Assembly: GCA_951804945.1 (NCBI GenBank)
Contig: OX638152.1
Location: 52,576,001 to 52,640,000 of the forward strand
Source: Podarcis cretensis
Taxonomy: Eukaryota
Length of the DNA stretch: 64,000 nt
Reading direction: 5' to 3'
The notes under the pieces were generated by a model. That model did not search any database, was not told the origin of the DNA, and was given only the letters and a program-made list of their open reading frames with translations. Shown here piece by piece: positions 52,995 to 64,000 of the stretch (positions within the stretch are counted from its first letter, which is position 1; every line of letters starts with the position of its first letter). Position numbers and translations under genes: made by a program.

Positions 52995-55900
52995 CTGTGA
53001 AAATAAAGAGACAAAAAAAAAAAAAAGCTTTAGTCATGTTTTAGCTTGTCTTAGCATGTCATTACATACCACACCAATCTAAATGAAAAGAAGGAATGTC
53101 CATTTCAGAACAAGGAATAGAGAGAAAAATCGGTGGAGAGAGCAATTTTATTTCTTGTAGCTCCTTGGTATATTGTATTCAGCTGATGGCTTGACCATCA
53201 GTTGGTCAACACAAGAGGATAATGAGAAGGTAAACCGGTTTGAGGTTTTTAAAAAAACCAATCAAATGGTATAAATTGTTTGAAATAAATGAAGAAGTAA
53301 ATTTTGATTTCAATCAACCACAGGGTAGTTATGGTTTGTTGAAATAAGCCAACTTCATAAACCATGGTTGGAACAACAAACCAGAGTTTAGATGAACCAG
53401 TTTTTCAGGTTCAGATTACATGTGTCCAGAGAAGGGCAACAAAGATAGTGAGTGGCCTTCCGCCTATGGTAAGCATGATGTCTGAACCAGGCCTCTATCT
53501 TTCAGCCTTTATTGAGATAACAGCATGAAGGAGTAAATCACAACATAAAGACTGTAAGTGTATAGTATACAATAACATAACACATATTTTTAAAATTTGA
53601 GGTCCAGCTTAAGTGGCACCTGTCATTACTTCAATAAAGATCTCTCATGCCCCAGCTGTATGTGAACATGTACTGTAGATAATGCCCCTTAGATTATATC
53701 AATCTCATGGCCAAATTCTGCGGAAATGTGGGGCTTGAGAAATGCATAATAAACAGCATATTTTGAAGCAAGTTCTTTAAGCAGCCACATCTAGCTGCAG
53801 CTCTTGATTTGCATGTATAATTTACTCATTTACTGCTATCCACTAGAGAATACTTTGAGTTTTGCAGTCACTTATTTCCCCATGTGAAATTCACAATTCA
53901 CATATTGCTTAATATTTCCCAGTCAACAAAATATAATCTGCTAATGTGCTGCAAGGGCTCTTTTGCTTTTTATATGTCGCCGGTATAGAGTAGCATAGTC
54001 ATTATCTGACAATCAGGAAATGGAAATACACAGTAGAATTACAACCTGCTTTACATTTTAACTCAGCAGTCACAATGTTAATAGTTCTTAGAAGAAAATA
54101 AGATTGAAATGTCATACACTTTTTAAGCAAGTAACATTAGGTTTACCATTTAAATAACATGTAATTTTATAGATGATCACATCTTAAACAATTTTATTAT
54201 GCATCCCTCTATATTACAGCTGCCTCACAATTCTTTATCCCATAATTCTTTTAGATAATGAATAATGGCATTACCAACCAGTCTACTGGTCCCTTGGTTC
54301 ACTCTACTTAGCATTCCCCAATAGTACTTCGTTTGGATTATAGTACCAACTACTGAGCTACATGCTGAAATTAATGTCAGTCAGCTCTGTCCGTCATATT
54401 TTTCTCTTATCAGGACTCCTGTAATCTCTGGAAGATTTATATCTATAAGTTCCCTCCAGCCATCAAGAAACATCTGACAGTTCCTTTGTCAGTTTGAACA
54501 CGAACCAAATAACTTTCATTGCTACTGTTTGTCACCGTCCCCTCACTCACTGAGTTGGCATCCACCTTTTGGGGTTGCAGAATCCTGCTTTTCCTATAAA
54601 TGCAAACTTCTTGCAGTTCAGCCAGTTATTTTCCTGCACAAGCTTGATAATAAAAAATGGTGTTACAAAAAGGGTCACCGCCTTGCTTGTGATATAGGAC
54701 TGCCTAAGAGACATTCCATGTAATTTATGAACAAGACCGCAGATAACCTCTTAGATACCCTGGACACACGGAAAGGAAAGAGCCAGGCCTGCATCTTTTC
54801 CTTTCTAGTAATCAGTTAGCCTTGAGACACATCAGCCCTAGCATGGTTGAGATTGCAATCAAATAAGGCTCCTTAATCAACTCCAGGTTTCTAATTCAGT
54901 ATAGTTTATCAGTCCTGGAATCCTAAATTCTTTGGGAGGGCACACCAAGGGTCAAAGGGTGCATTGGATCTCCCAATCTGAGGACAGGGAGAGAGAGCTC
55001 CAACTGTGGAAAGGGAGATCAAGTGTCATTTTCCCTCCCATCTCTGACTTGTACAACCACCTCTGTGGCTGTTACCCTACTAGTATTGAACTCTGACGTG
55101 GTAGGACCAAAAAGGGGGTGTGCTGGGAAAAGATATGAAGACCTGGTGACTTTCCAGTCATCTGATACTCCTCCAAACCCAGAAACTTGAGGATCGCCTC
55201 TCTCCATATGAATCTACCCAAATCCTGCAGTCATCATGCAGGCCCTTCTTCGTGTGTCTCCTCCACAAAAGGTCTGTAGGGTGGCTACATGAGAACGGGC
55301 CTACATGTGTTTTTTAAAAAACACATCCACATGATGTCCTTCAGTAGTTCCACAGGTGGATAACGTGGGGTGTACATTGTATCCCCCCCACTACTACATT
55401 ATCCATGGATCAACATTGTCTGGACACAAAAAGAATGTGTGCCTACAGGGTACATCAGATCCACTTTAATTTGCTGGGTGTACATAGCCTCGTTATTCAA
55501 TGAAACTAAAGGAAGCATCCAGACTAAAGATTGGAAAGTTCCTCAGCTGCAAGATCAGTCATTACTTACGCTTAGCGTGTGCTATCTTTGTTCATGCCAA
55601 TATTTAGTCCCTTTAACACCATAAAGTTAAATCACTTCCCTGATTCTGCTGCTTTTGCTTTGGCATTGATTTTCCCCCACCCCCACCGCATGATCTAAAT
55701 GTGCAAACTATTTATGAGATTATTAGTTCTCCAGTGATTCGTCTTTGAAAATAAAACACTGAATACACTTTATGAGCTTTCCTGTAGAAGGAATCATGAC
55801 ATATATGCAAGTAACAAATTATTCATCTGTTTCAATATTTACTCAATACCTCACAAGCTTGTGAATCATAATCTCTAGACTGACGGTGAAATGGAAGATT

Positions 55901-56612
55901 AAAGTGGCAGCCTTGATGGAGAACCCATAAAATGTCAGATGCTGTATATAGGTAAACATAATTAGTGTATCTTAGAAATTAACTGCCTGGAAAGAGCTAC
56001 AAGGAAGAAACTCAATATAAAAAAGATAATGAAATAAATCATTAAAAATGCTAGGAAAGTCTGCGCATGGAAGTCATTGCAGATCTTTGGACAAATGTGC
56101 AGTATATAGTGAGTATACATATGAAGATCTGAGTGGAAGGTCTTTAAAGGTAAAGCCTATAATTTCCCAATTCATTTGTTTGATGTAAAATTACAGGTCC
56201 ATTCTATTACAGGCTTTGCAGCCTAATAAAGGCCTGGAACATACAGATTAACAGCCACATCCTACGTATGTTTACTTAAGAGTCTCACTGAACTGAATGA
56301 TGCATACTTTGTTGTAAACGTGCCAAGAACTCTGTCCTGAAGCAATCAAATGATTATTTCAAAATGGATTGGCTAGAGCATTCCTGTGGGATTAAAGACA
56401 CTAGCATATCCTTTACTCTTCCCAAAACTCTCATAAATTCATGGGAAGAATGGAAGAATGTGATATTTAATCCTTTAAGCAGGGGAAGGGAACCTTTACA
56501 TGCTGCTGGTCTAAAAGTACCATCAACCAGTGGCCACGATGGCTGGTGTTGATGGAGTCCAACAACATCTGAAGGGCCACAGATTCCTTGCCCCTGTTTT
56601 AAATGGCACAAT

Positions 56613-56674
56613 AGAAGTGAAGGAAGATGCTTCATACCAGTGCAGACTGGTATGAAGCATCTTCCTTCACTTCT
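56613..56674. repeat. Perfect 29-bp inverted repeat with 4-nt spacer
   Basis: AGAAGTGAAGGAAGATGCTTCATACCAGT-GCAG-ACTGGTATGAAGCATCTTCCTTCACTTCT. Confidence 0.95.
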
Positions 56675-56799
56675 CATCCCCACTCATCCCCACACATTCT
56701 ATGGCAAATGAGCACTTTGGAGTGACGTGTGTTATGGATCTTCCCAAATCTTCCTCTAATTCTGCCCTGATTCTACATGAATATGGGCATGATTATGAA

Positions 56800-56960
56800 T
56801 CCATTTTGAGTGCTGTGTGCTGTATGCAGTTCTGGTTACCCAGCTCAAAAAGGATAGTGTAGAGCTCAAAAGTACAGAAAAGAGCAGCCAAAATGATGAA
56901 GGTTTTGGGGCATTTTCCCTCACAAGGAAGGCTCAAATGGTTGAGGAATTTAGTTTAGAG
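56800..56960 (+). mobile_element. CR1 LINE fragment
   Basis: TGCAGTTCTGGTTACCCAGCTCAAAAAGGATAGTGTAGAGCT...AAAAGAGCAGCCAAAATGAT, homologous to the CR1 segment at about 37440-37530. Confidence 0.6.
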
Positions 56961-57009
56961 GGAAGTATGACAAGAGGGTTAATATACACTTCCATTTGTC
57001 CCATGACTT

Positions 57010-57250
57010 CTTCCGTTTGTCCCATGATTTCTAGGCATGGCTCCAAAACATTTTTCTTTAGTCCCACCATTTTCTCTGACAAAACTTGCTGTTTATTGCT
57101 GAATCAGAACAAATGTCAATCTGCCGAAAACCCAATTGACATTTGCTTTGTTTCAGCGATAAACAGCAGGTTTTCTCGGAGAAAGAAGCAAGATAAAAGA
57201 CAAACCTCTTGGAGCCATGCCTAGGATTCATGGGACAAATGGGAGGGTGA
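57010..57250. repeat. About 240-bp foldback (imperfect inverted repeat), probable MITE
   Basis: TTTGTCCCATGA..CTAGGCATGGCTCCAA vs TTGGAGCCATGCCTAG..TCATGGGACAAA; inner CAAATGTCAAT vs ATTGACATTTG. Confidence 0.8.
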
Positions 57251-57539
57251 ATGAGCATATATATAGAATAAGGAATAATAATACATTTGAATTTTTAACA
57301 AGATAAGCTCCATTGTCCTCTTTCTCTGAATCCTTCCTTACTACTGTTGACATCTGATTGCACATGTGCAAAAGTATTAAAGAATGAACTAACATCTGAT
57401 GGATGTTTCAGGTGACTGGACTAAGATGTAGTTACTAAAATCATTATTTCAAAATGTAGTCGTGTCATACATCTTGTGCATGCTCTGACCTTGATCTGTC
57501 TACAGTAAGTGTCTAGTAAATAAGTCACACTAGAGAACA

Positions 57540-57703
57540 CAGTGGCATAGTGTGGGGGGTGCAGGGGGGGCCAGCTGCACCGGGCGCATCATCTGGGGGG
57601 CGCGCTCACACTCGCAGCTCTCTGCCCCTACTAAAATCCACGGGTTAGGGGGCGCAAATTACTTGCCTTGCCCCGGGTGCTGACAACCCACGCTACGCCA
57701 CTG
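57540..57703. mobile_element. hAT-type MITE, same family as 14021-14200, opposite orientation
   Basis: Same TIR (left copy has two CpG-type changes), 8-bp TSD AGAGAACA at 57532-57539 and 57704-57711. Confidence 0.87.
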
Positions 57704-58032
57704 AGAGAACATAAATGCATATACCAGTTTTTGAGACAAAGACAATAACTGATATAAATGCATATAACAGTTTTTGAGACAAAGACAATAACTGATCTGA
57801 TATTTTACCAAATGTGTTATACTTAGCATGTAAGTGCTCTCAGTTCTATACCTAACATAAACGAACTCCAGTTAAAAGTTAGCCTGGTGCTTTTGAAGGC
57901 TGTTGCAAGTAAGTGTAGACAATAGTGGGCTCTATTAGAGGTGGGTAATGTGCGACCCTTTAGATATTGCTAGACTGCCATCTTCACCATTCCTGACCAT
58001 TGTACAAGCTAGCTGGGGCTGATGGTTTAAAG

Positions 58033-58170
58033 CAGGGACTGGGAACCTGTGGCCTTCTGGGTGTTGCTAGACTACAGCTCCCATCATTCCTGACCATTGG
58101 TTATGCTGGCTGGGGCTGATGGGACTTGTAGTCCAGGAAAATCTGGAGGCGCACAGATTTCCCACCCCAG
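58033..58170. mobile_element. Degenerate palindromic hAT MITE (a partial second copy lies just upstream)
   Basis: Core ACTACAGCTCCCATCATTCCTGACCATTGG...GATGGGACTTGTAGT; approximate TSD GTTTAA(A/T)G. Confidence 0.65.
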
Positions 58171-60674
58171 GTTTAATGGCATCTTTTTGCTTCCATTGGA
58201 AACTATGTACCACACCACTGTTTTCATTTCAACATAGATTCAAACCAGGACAAGAGAATTATTTCATTGTGAAATACCCACTTATTTAACAGTGTATCTT
58301 TAAATACAGTGCACTTTTAGAAATACGAAATAAGTATGAATGAAAAGTAGTTATAAACAAAGTAAATAAAATGCAGTGGCTAGAATGAAGACCAGAAGGG
58401 AATTCACTTTTAAATGCCTTATGGGACAAAGTATGGGTAGACTCTTCTCTGAGCTAATATTACTGACTTTTTCTCTGGAATTATTATACAATTATGTATA
58501 GTAAAGTTCTGTTTGTGCAGTTATGAATTAATTAAGGACATGTAAAGAACTCACACATAGATATTAAAATACCATATTCTCACACTCTTAGATGAGAATG
58601 AGGCTGGAAGGTTATTAGATATTTCCGGCAACCATTTGCACTTCAGTCAGATTAATTGCATAGGTACAGAAATACCTTTGGACATTACAGCCAGAGACAT
58701 TGTCACAGCATATTAACATTAACCCCATGATCAAATTAATATTTCAACCTTATGTGTTCCTGCCATAACTCCTGGGGAAGCAGAATCACAGAGCTGAGAA
58801 AGTCTTGAAGGTGAGCTAAGACAGGATGTTCTATATGCAAACCTTTCTAACAAATTAGGCTTCATCAATTAAAAATTTGGATTTGGGTGTTCAAATCAGT
58901 GGCAGCAGAGAAGGCATCAGGGAATCATGCTTCCTGTATCACAGATGTAACTTTCTGTTCCCTCCCCACTCCCTCTCTCTCTTACTTTGACCAGCGTTGG
59001 ACGCAGACATGCCTTCACTTGCTCAGTTTTAGGCACAATATTATGCCTACATAGTTTTTACTGCTGCCACGGCTGTGAACCAAGACGTAAATCTTACTTC
59101 TAAACTTACTTCCCAAATTGTTGTCCAATTCTTTTTTAAGCAGGGTAAGATGGGGGCAGCCAGTTTACTTCATAGTTGAGATTGTTCAAAACAAGGTTTT
59201 ACAGCCTAATTCCTATGCTTTTAATTTTGTTTGAAACTGTTCAACCCACATATGTGGGTGCCTGGAGGGATAAATTGCAATTAATATATCCTCTCCTACC
59301 CAATTAATATATCCCCTCCTACCCATTAAAACTCATCTCACTCTTTTCGTGTGGATACCCACGTTGCTCCCTCATATGGAGATGCTCTGGGTGGATGCCT
59401 GTATTCCTGGAGGGATGCTTCACAGACTAGCACTATATGGTTGTCTGTGAGGAGGAGGGCAGTCATCCTGTGTCCCTTGACAACAAGTGAGGGGATTTAT
59501 ATGGTTAGTCAATCAATTAGTCATTCTGATTTGCCGTAAATATAAAGTTATCCTTTGTGAGCTGCTCTGAGTGCAACTTTCTTAATAACAAATATGAAAT
59601 AAAATGTATAAATATGCATGTAGATAGACAGGATAGATAAAACAAATTTTGTGTTTATTATATGGAGGTTCCTGGTTCCCAACAGAGTCTTTTTCAATTA
59701 GGCGTTCAAGCCTGAAAGTATTTCCCTATGGCTCTATTGACATAATTCATGCTCCCGAATTTCTCAGTAATGAATCCCTTTTTAAAAGAACAACTGACCT
59801 GATTTACTTAGTTTTGGACAGTGGGCACGTGTCTGTAACATGTTAAAAGATTGCTTGGGAAGCAAAAACATTTTTGTGTGCCTATGAACACCGGTTATGT
59901 GCTGGTGAAGTATCAGAATAACCAGTGAAGCAGGGGTATGAAATGTAGTGGTTAACTGACATGCATTTATTCGTTGTATTGTCTGACCAGCATCTAGTGA
60001 TGAGGCAGGAGCTGAGCAAGAGAACATTGAAGGAAGCTGAGCCAAGAAGCGCAGTAGAATCAGTTATCCCAGCAAGAGTCCAAGAGCAACTGAGAGTCTT
60101 ATATTCTCTTGCTAGCCTCTCCTTTTCCTCTGACTTCTCCCTCCTGGCAAAAAAAGCCTCTCCTATGACAACCCTGAGTTTGTCACCACTACTGCCTTGA
60201 AGTCCAGGAGGCAAATCGGAGAAATTATACACATACAGACACAACCTGAGCTCCTTTACAGGAAGGAAGCTCTGAAATGATGGAACTGTTACCTTTTCTG
60301 GACAAAATAAATCCTCTACGGAGCTCTTTTCTGGGCTTCCTTCAGAAAACAAAAAATATTTTTTTGACCATCCTTATTAGAGGAATTATGTGAGTGAGAA
60401 ACAGAGGAGCAAGAGGAGAAGAAGAAAGTGTTTTGACACTTTCATAATCTTGTTTACACTGTCAAAGGGCACCCAAAGCCTAGTAATGTGTGAAATTCCC
60501 TTCACAACTATGTCACATCAAAATTTTGATTTCCCACAATACCCTCAGCAAGGATCCTACAAATTTGCTTTGACATTATAAACATGCCCATATCATGCCG
60601 CGGATGATTAGAGACTGAATCCAAATAGAGCAACCTTGACAGTAACTTCCTTCAATAGTGTTGGTCTATGTGCC

Positions 60675-60816
60675 AGAAAGCGGCTTAGTCATACTGGCCA
60701 CATGACCTGGAAGCTGTATGCCGGCTCCCTCGGCCAATAAAGCGAGATGAGCGCTGCAACCCCAGAGTCGTCTGCAACTGGACCTAACAGTCAGGGATCC
60801 CTTCACCTTTACCTTT
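60675..60816 (+). mobile_element. 5'-truncated Sauria SINE
   Basis: GCGGCTTAGTC...GAGATGAGCGCTGCAACCCCAGAGTC...ACCTTTACCTTT, matching the 3' half of the 13933 copy. Confidence 0.78.
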
Positions 60817-62089
60817 ATGTTTTTGATAATTATCCACAGTCAAGAGAAGGAGCACACAGATGGATGCAAACCCTGAGCAGTGTGAAATAACAAAAATGTT
60901 ATTTTTAATCAAATGAAATTATAGAGATCAATATGTCAGATTATCACTTTTGCCTCACATCTTTGTTAAGCACATGTAGCAAGCTATAATGCAGAAAGTG
61001 TTCCACAAAATAATAAATAAAATATACTGGTAATCATTATAATATAGCTCACCACCTTGGGATGGGAAGTAAAGAGATTCTCAAGAAAAAATCTTTACCT
61101 TTTGTGCATTCAGTGCATATTTTTGAACTAAGACATGTAATGGTTTGATCTTGCCCCCCCCCACCCAGTCCTCTTTCTTGTTATATGGGCTATCTGTACA
61201 AAGAATAAACATTATGTCTTCCTCATCAAAAGTTACACTGCTCGAGTGCCCATTAGTTATCTATAAGGCGCTTACAAACATAAGGTTTTTACTGTAGCTG
61301 CAGAAATCTGAGCTTATCCTGGAAAAGCATGGATTAGCTAAGATCACAGCCTTTTCACGTAGCACAGCTTTAAAAGAACAATTTGATTTTTGGAATCAAA
61401 ATAAAAGAGAAAGAAAGAGAAATAAGAATACAGTGTCTTTTGAGTTATATCTGATTTGTTCCCTTCCTGCTACCTTTTTCTTCTGAACTAATTCTGTTAA
61501 CTGCAATGGCATTTCATTGATCAATGAAATAATAAGCTCCCTTTCTTCTCAACTCCAGGGAGTGATCTACCTAGATCTTTGGAACAGCTTTGAGATTAGG
61601 AGGGAAATATGTGTGCTCTTTTCTACTTCATGCAGGGGGGAGAGGGAGAAAAAAAACGCAATACAGTTGGATCTGGGATTCAACATTAAGAACCATGATG
61701 ACTGCACTGCTTAATATCTTCCAATTAATATACACATTCATTTGTTAAATGTAATATTTTTCTACCCTGACGTTCATGACATACTTTCACAAGATGGCTT
61801 ACAATGAAAACTTTTAAATATTTAATACTTTTATTGTATTGAACAAACGTAATAAAAGCAACATCAGATTAAAAACATTACATGCCACACCAATCTCCAC
61901 AGCAGTGCAAGATTCCAGGCACCTACCCAGGGTTCGTGTTTCCTTTGGAAACAATATATAGGAGGGTGGCAATAAGAGCAGTCAAAAGACTTAGACCACA
62001 AGAGAGGAGCCCAGACAGTGCTCCTTTGAAGAGGGCAGGATTCCAAAAGTGTGTGATTACCACTGAAAATGTACAAACCACCTAGATAA

Positions 62090-62096
<7 letters not shown>

Positions 62097-62172
<76 letters not shown>
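62097..62172. repeat. (CT)n(GT)n(GA)n compound microsatellite
   Basis: Direct read. Confidence 0.95.
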
Positions 62173-62175
<3 letters not shown>

Positions 62176-64000
62176 AAGTGGGAATACCACTAACTGAGAA
62201 GATTAGTTCATTCTGAGATCTAATGAAATGTTATCACATCAGATAAATAACCTATTTACTAACTCGTCATCCATAAAGTATATCAAGCAACAAGAAAGGA
62301 GGTTGAGAGAGGTAGGTATTAGTTATTTGCTTCTTCAGCACAGCCACCTAGTAGCACATCATTATTTAGCACCAATAAAAAATGAGTACATGTTTTCCTT
62401 CTCCTCTGAGGATAGCTAAGAGGCATCCAATTGCTAAGTGGACCTGGGTGAGATATGCAGAGCCATTCTAATGAGGGCCTGGGGAGCACGGGGCAGCAGA
62501 TTCTCTGTTCAATCCAAAGCTTTCCCCCTTATTTGCACTATGCCAGGTCCAGACTCGTAGCTGAGGGGCCAGAGGATTGGTCTCCTTGGAAGATGCACTG
62601 AGTTTTATATCAAAAGTTGCCAGCATCCTTTCTCCTGGCTTGTTGGCAGGAGGATCATCAGCAGTAGCTTACTGCCCACTTACCAGTGGCATGATCATAG
62701 AATTGTAGAGTTGAAAGGGAATCCCAAGGTCAGCTAGGAGGTTAGCAGCGAGGCAGTGCTGCCTCACCCACCACTAGGGGTTAGGATTGCTCCCTAAGTA
62801 AATCATTCCTGCCTAATTTTTTATGGTAAATGCCATAGCTGGAGGAAGCAGTTTGAAAATGTTTTAAACATAACCTTTTGTTCTGTCTATAGAAAGCAAA
62901 TATGTTCATTTCATGAACAAATCAGTATCTTTGACCATGCTCAGTTGGTACACAATTACCATGGTTGTCATTGTATGATGCAGATATGTAGAAGATGTAA
63001 GGCATAAATTAAAAATCGCTTGGTTAGGACCAAGCAAAGATTAAAAGCTATAAAGAGCATTGAGATCATCTGATAAAAGGACACTAGGGTGAATTGTGTT
63101 GGAATATGTTCAGGCGGTTGTTGCCATCCAAGCAGAACTGTTCTCTGATGCTTTTGCATAAGGGACCATTTACACTTGACCGAGTCTGTCGCTATGTGAC
63201 AAGCAGACACAGCCATTCATGGGAAGACGAAGAAGAAATGACAGTATGTGTGATGCTGCTATAGACAAAAATATTTCCATACTGAGCTTTTAAGCTGAAA
63301 CAGTTTCTTGCGATTTTCAGGCCAGCAACAAGGTCAGGTTGCAGATAATGTTAGCACCAAACACTTTCCATTTTGGTATAACAAAACTTCAGCATTTGAC
63401 AGAGGGAAGCAGCTACCTTTGCCTGACGTTGTGCGATGTTCTCTTGGCTAAGATCCAAAGACCTCTTAAGGCTCTCCTGAGGCTTTTGGCTTAAATCACT
63501 AGACCCTTCCTGCCAGATCAGTGCTTTTACAACTCTCTTCAGTCTTCTGTCATGTGGCTGTTCAAGTCTAAAGCACTAATGGGTGAATGAAACAAGAACT
63601 ATCTAAGCATTTTACACTGAAGAGGCTTGTTCTACACTTTATCACCCCCTTTGAGAAAACTGCAGTTGTATTGGCGGTAGTAGCATTCCTTCTGTTTTTA
63701 CCCATGATGCACTCTGATAGGAAACTTTCCATCAGCACATACATGTGGAACTGCACTCATTTTTAATTTCTTTACAAGACTGTGTTCTAAATGATGTCTC
63801 TTGGCTGCCGTAGAGACATTAAAAGTAAGGGGTCTGGGTTTTGAAACTTTCTTGGCAATTATCAATCTGGAACATTACTGCTTCTTAGTCCACCAAGGGC
63901 TGTTTGAATTGAGAAATGCTCTATTCATGCCATCATTAGTGAATACTAAAATTCCAATGTACTGCATTGTCTGCACCCACTCCTAACTCAAGAGAGCAAG

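Noticed and set aside
59882-60352. 156-aa minus-strand ORF in intron 1, containing a possible 47-nt cryptic exon (60293-60339)
   Set aside because: No recognisable homology, no signal peptide (so not GRIK1 exon 1), non-ATG start; the cryptic exon has a weak AAG acceptor and would frameshift

Overview
Vertebrate genomic DNA, most likely a squamate reptile (Sauria SINEs with ACCTTT tails, a Bov-B LINE fragment, CR1/L2 relics; a lacertid lizard is a guess). The whole window lies inside GRIK1 (kainate receptor GluK1/GluR5) on the minus strand. I traced 13 GT-AG exons with consistent phases, numbered 2-14 by analogy with mammalian GRIK1. They cover the ATD, S1, M1, M2 and M3 to the start of S2; exon 14 runs off the left edge and exon 1 is outside the window. 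The ORF track does not show the coding frames of exons 3, 9, 10, 13 or 14. Main points: (1) an imperfect inverted repeat at about 4905-4994 complementary to the exon 13 Q/R site, its donor and the proximal intron, a strong candidate ADAR editing-site complementary sequence (ECS); (2) an intact 45-nt exon 9 (GluK1-1 insert, AAGEATNNLYKVWKK); (3) a perfect 29-bp-stem, 4-nt-loop hairpin in intron 1; (4) nested and tandem hAT MITEs and young SINEs, including opposite-orientation SINEs flanking exon blocks. I see no evidence of a wholly new gene system; the interest is in RNA-level regulation and transposon architecture.
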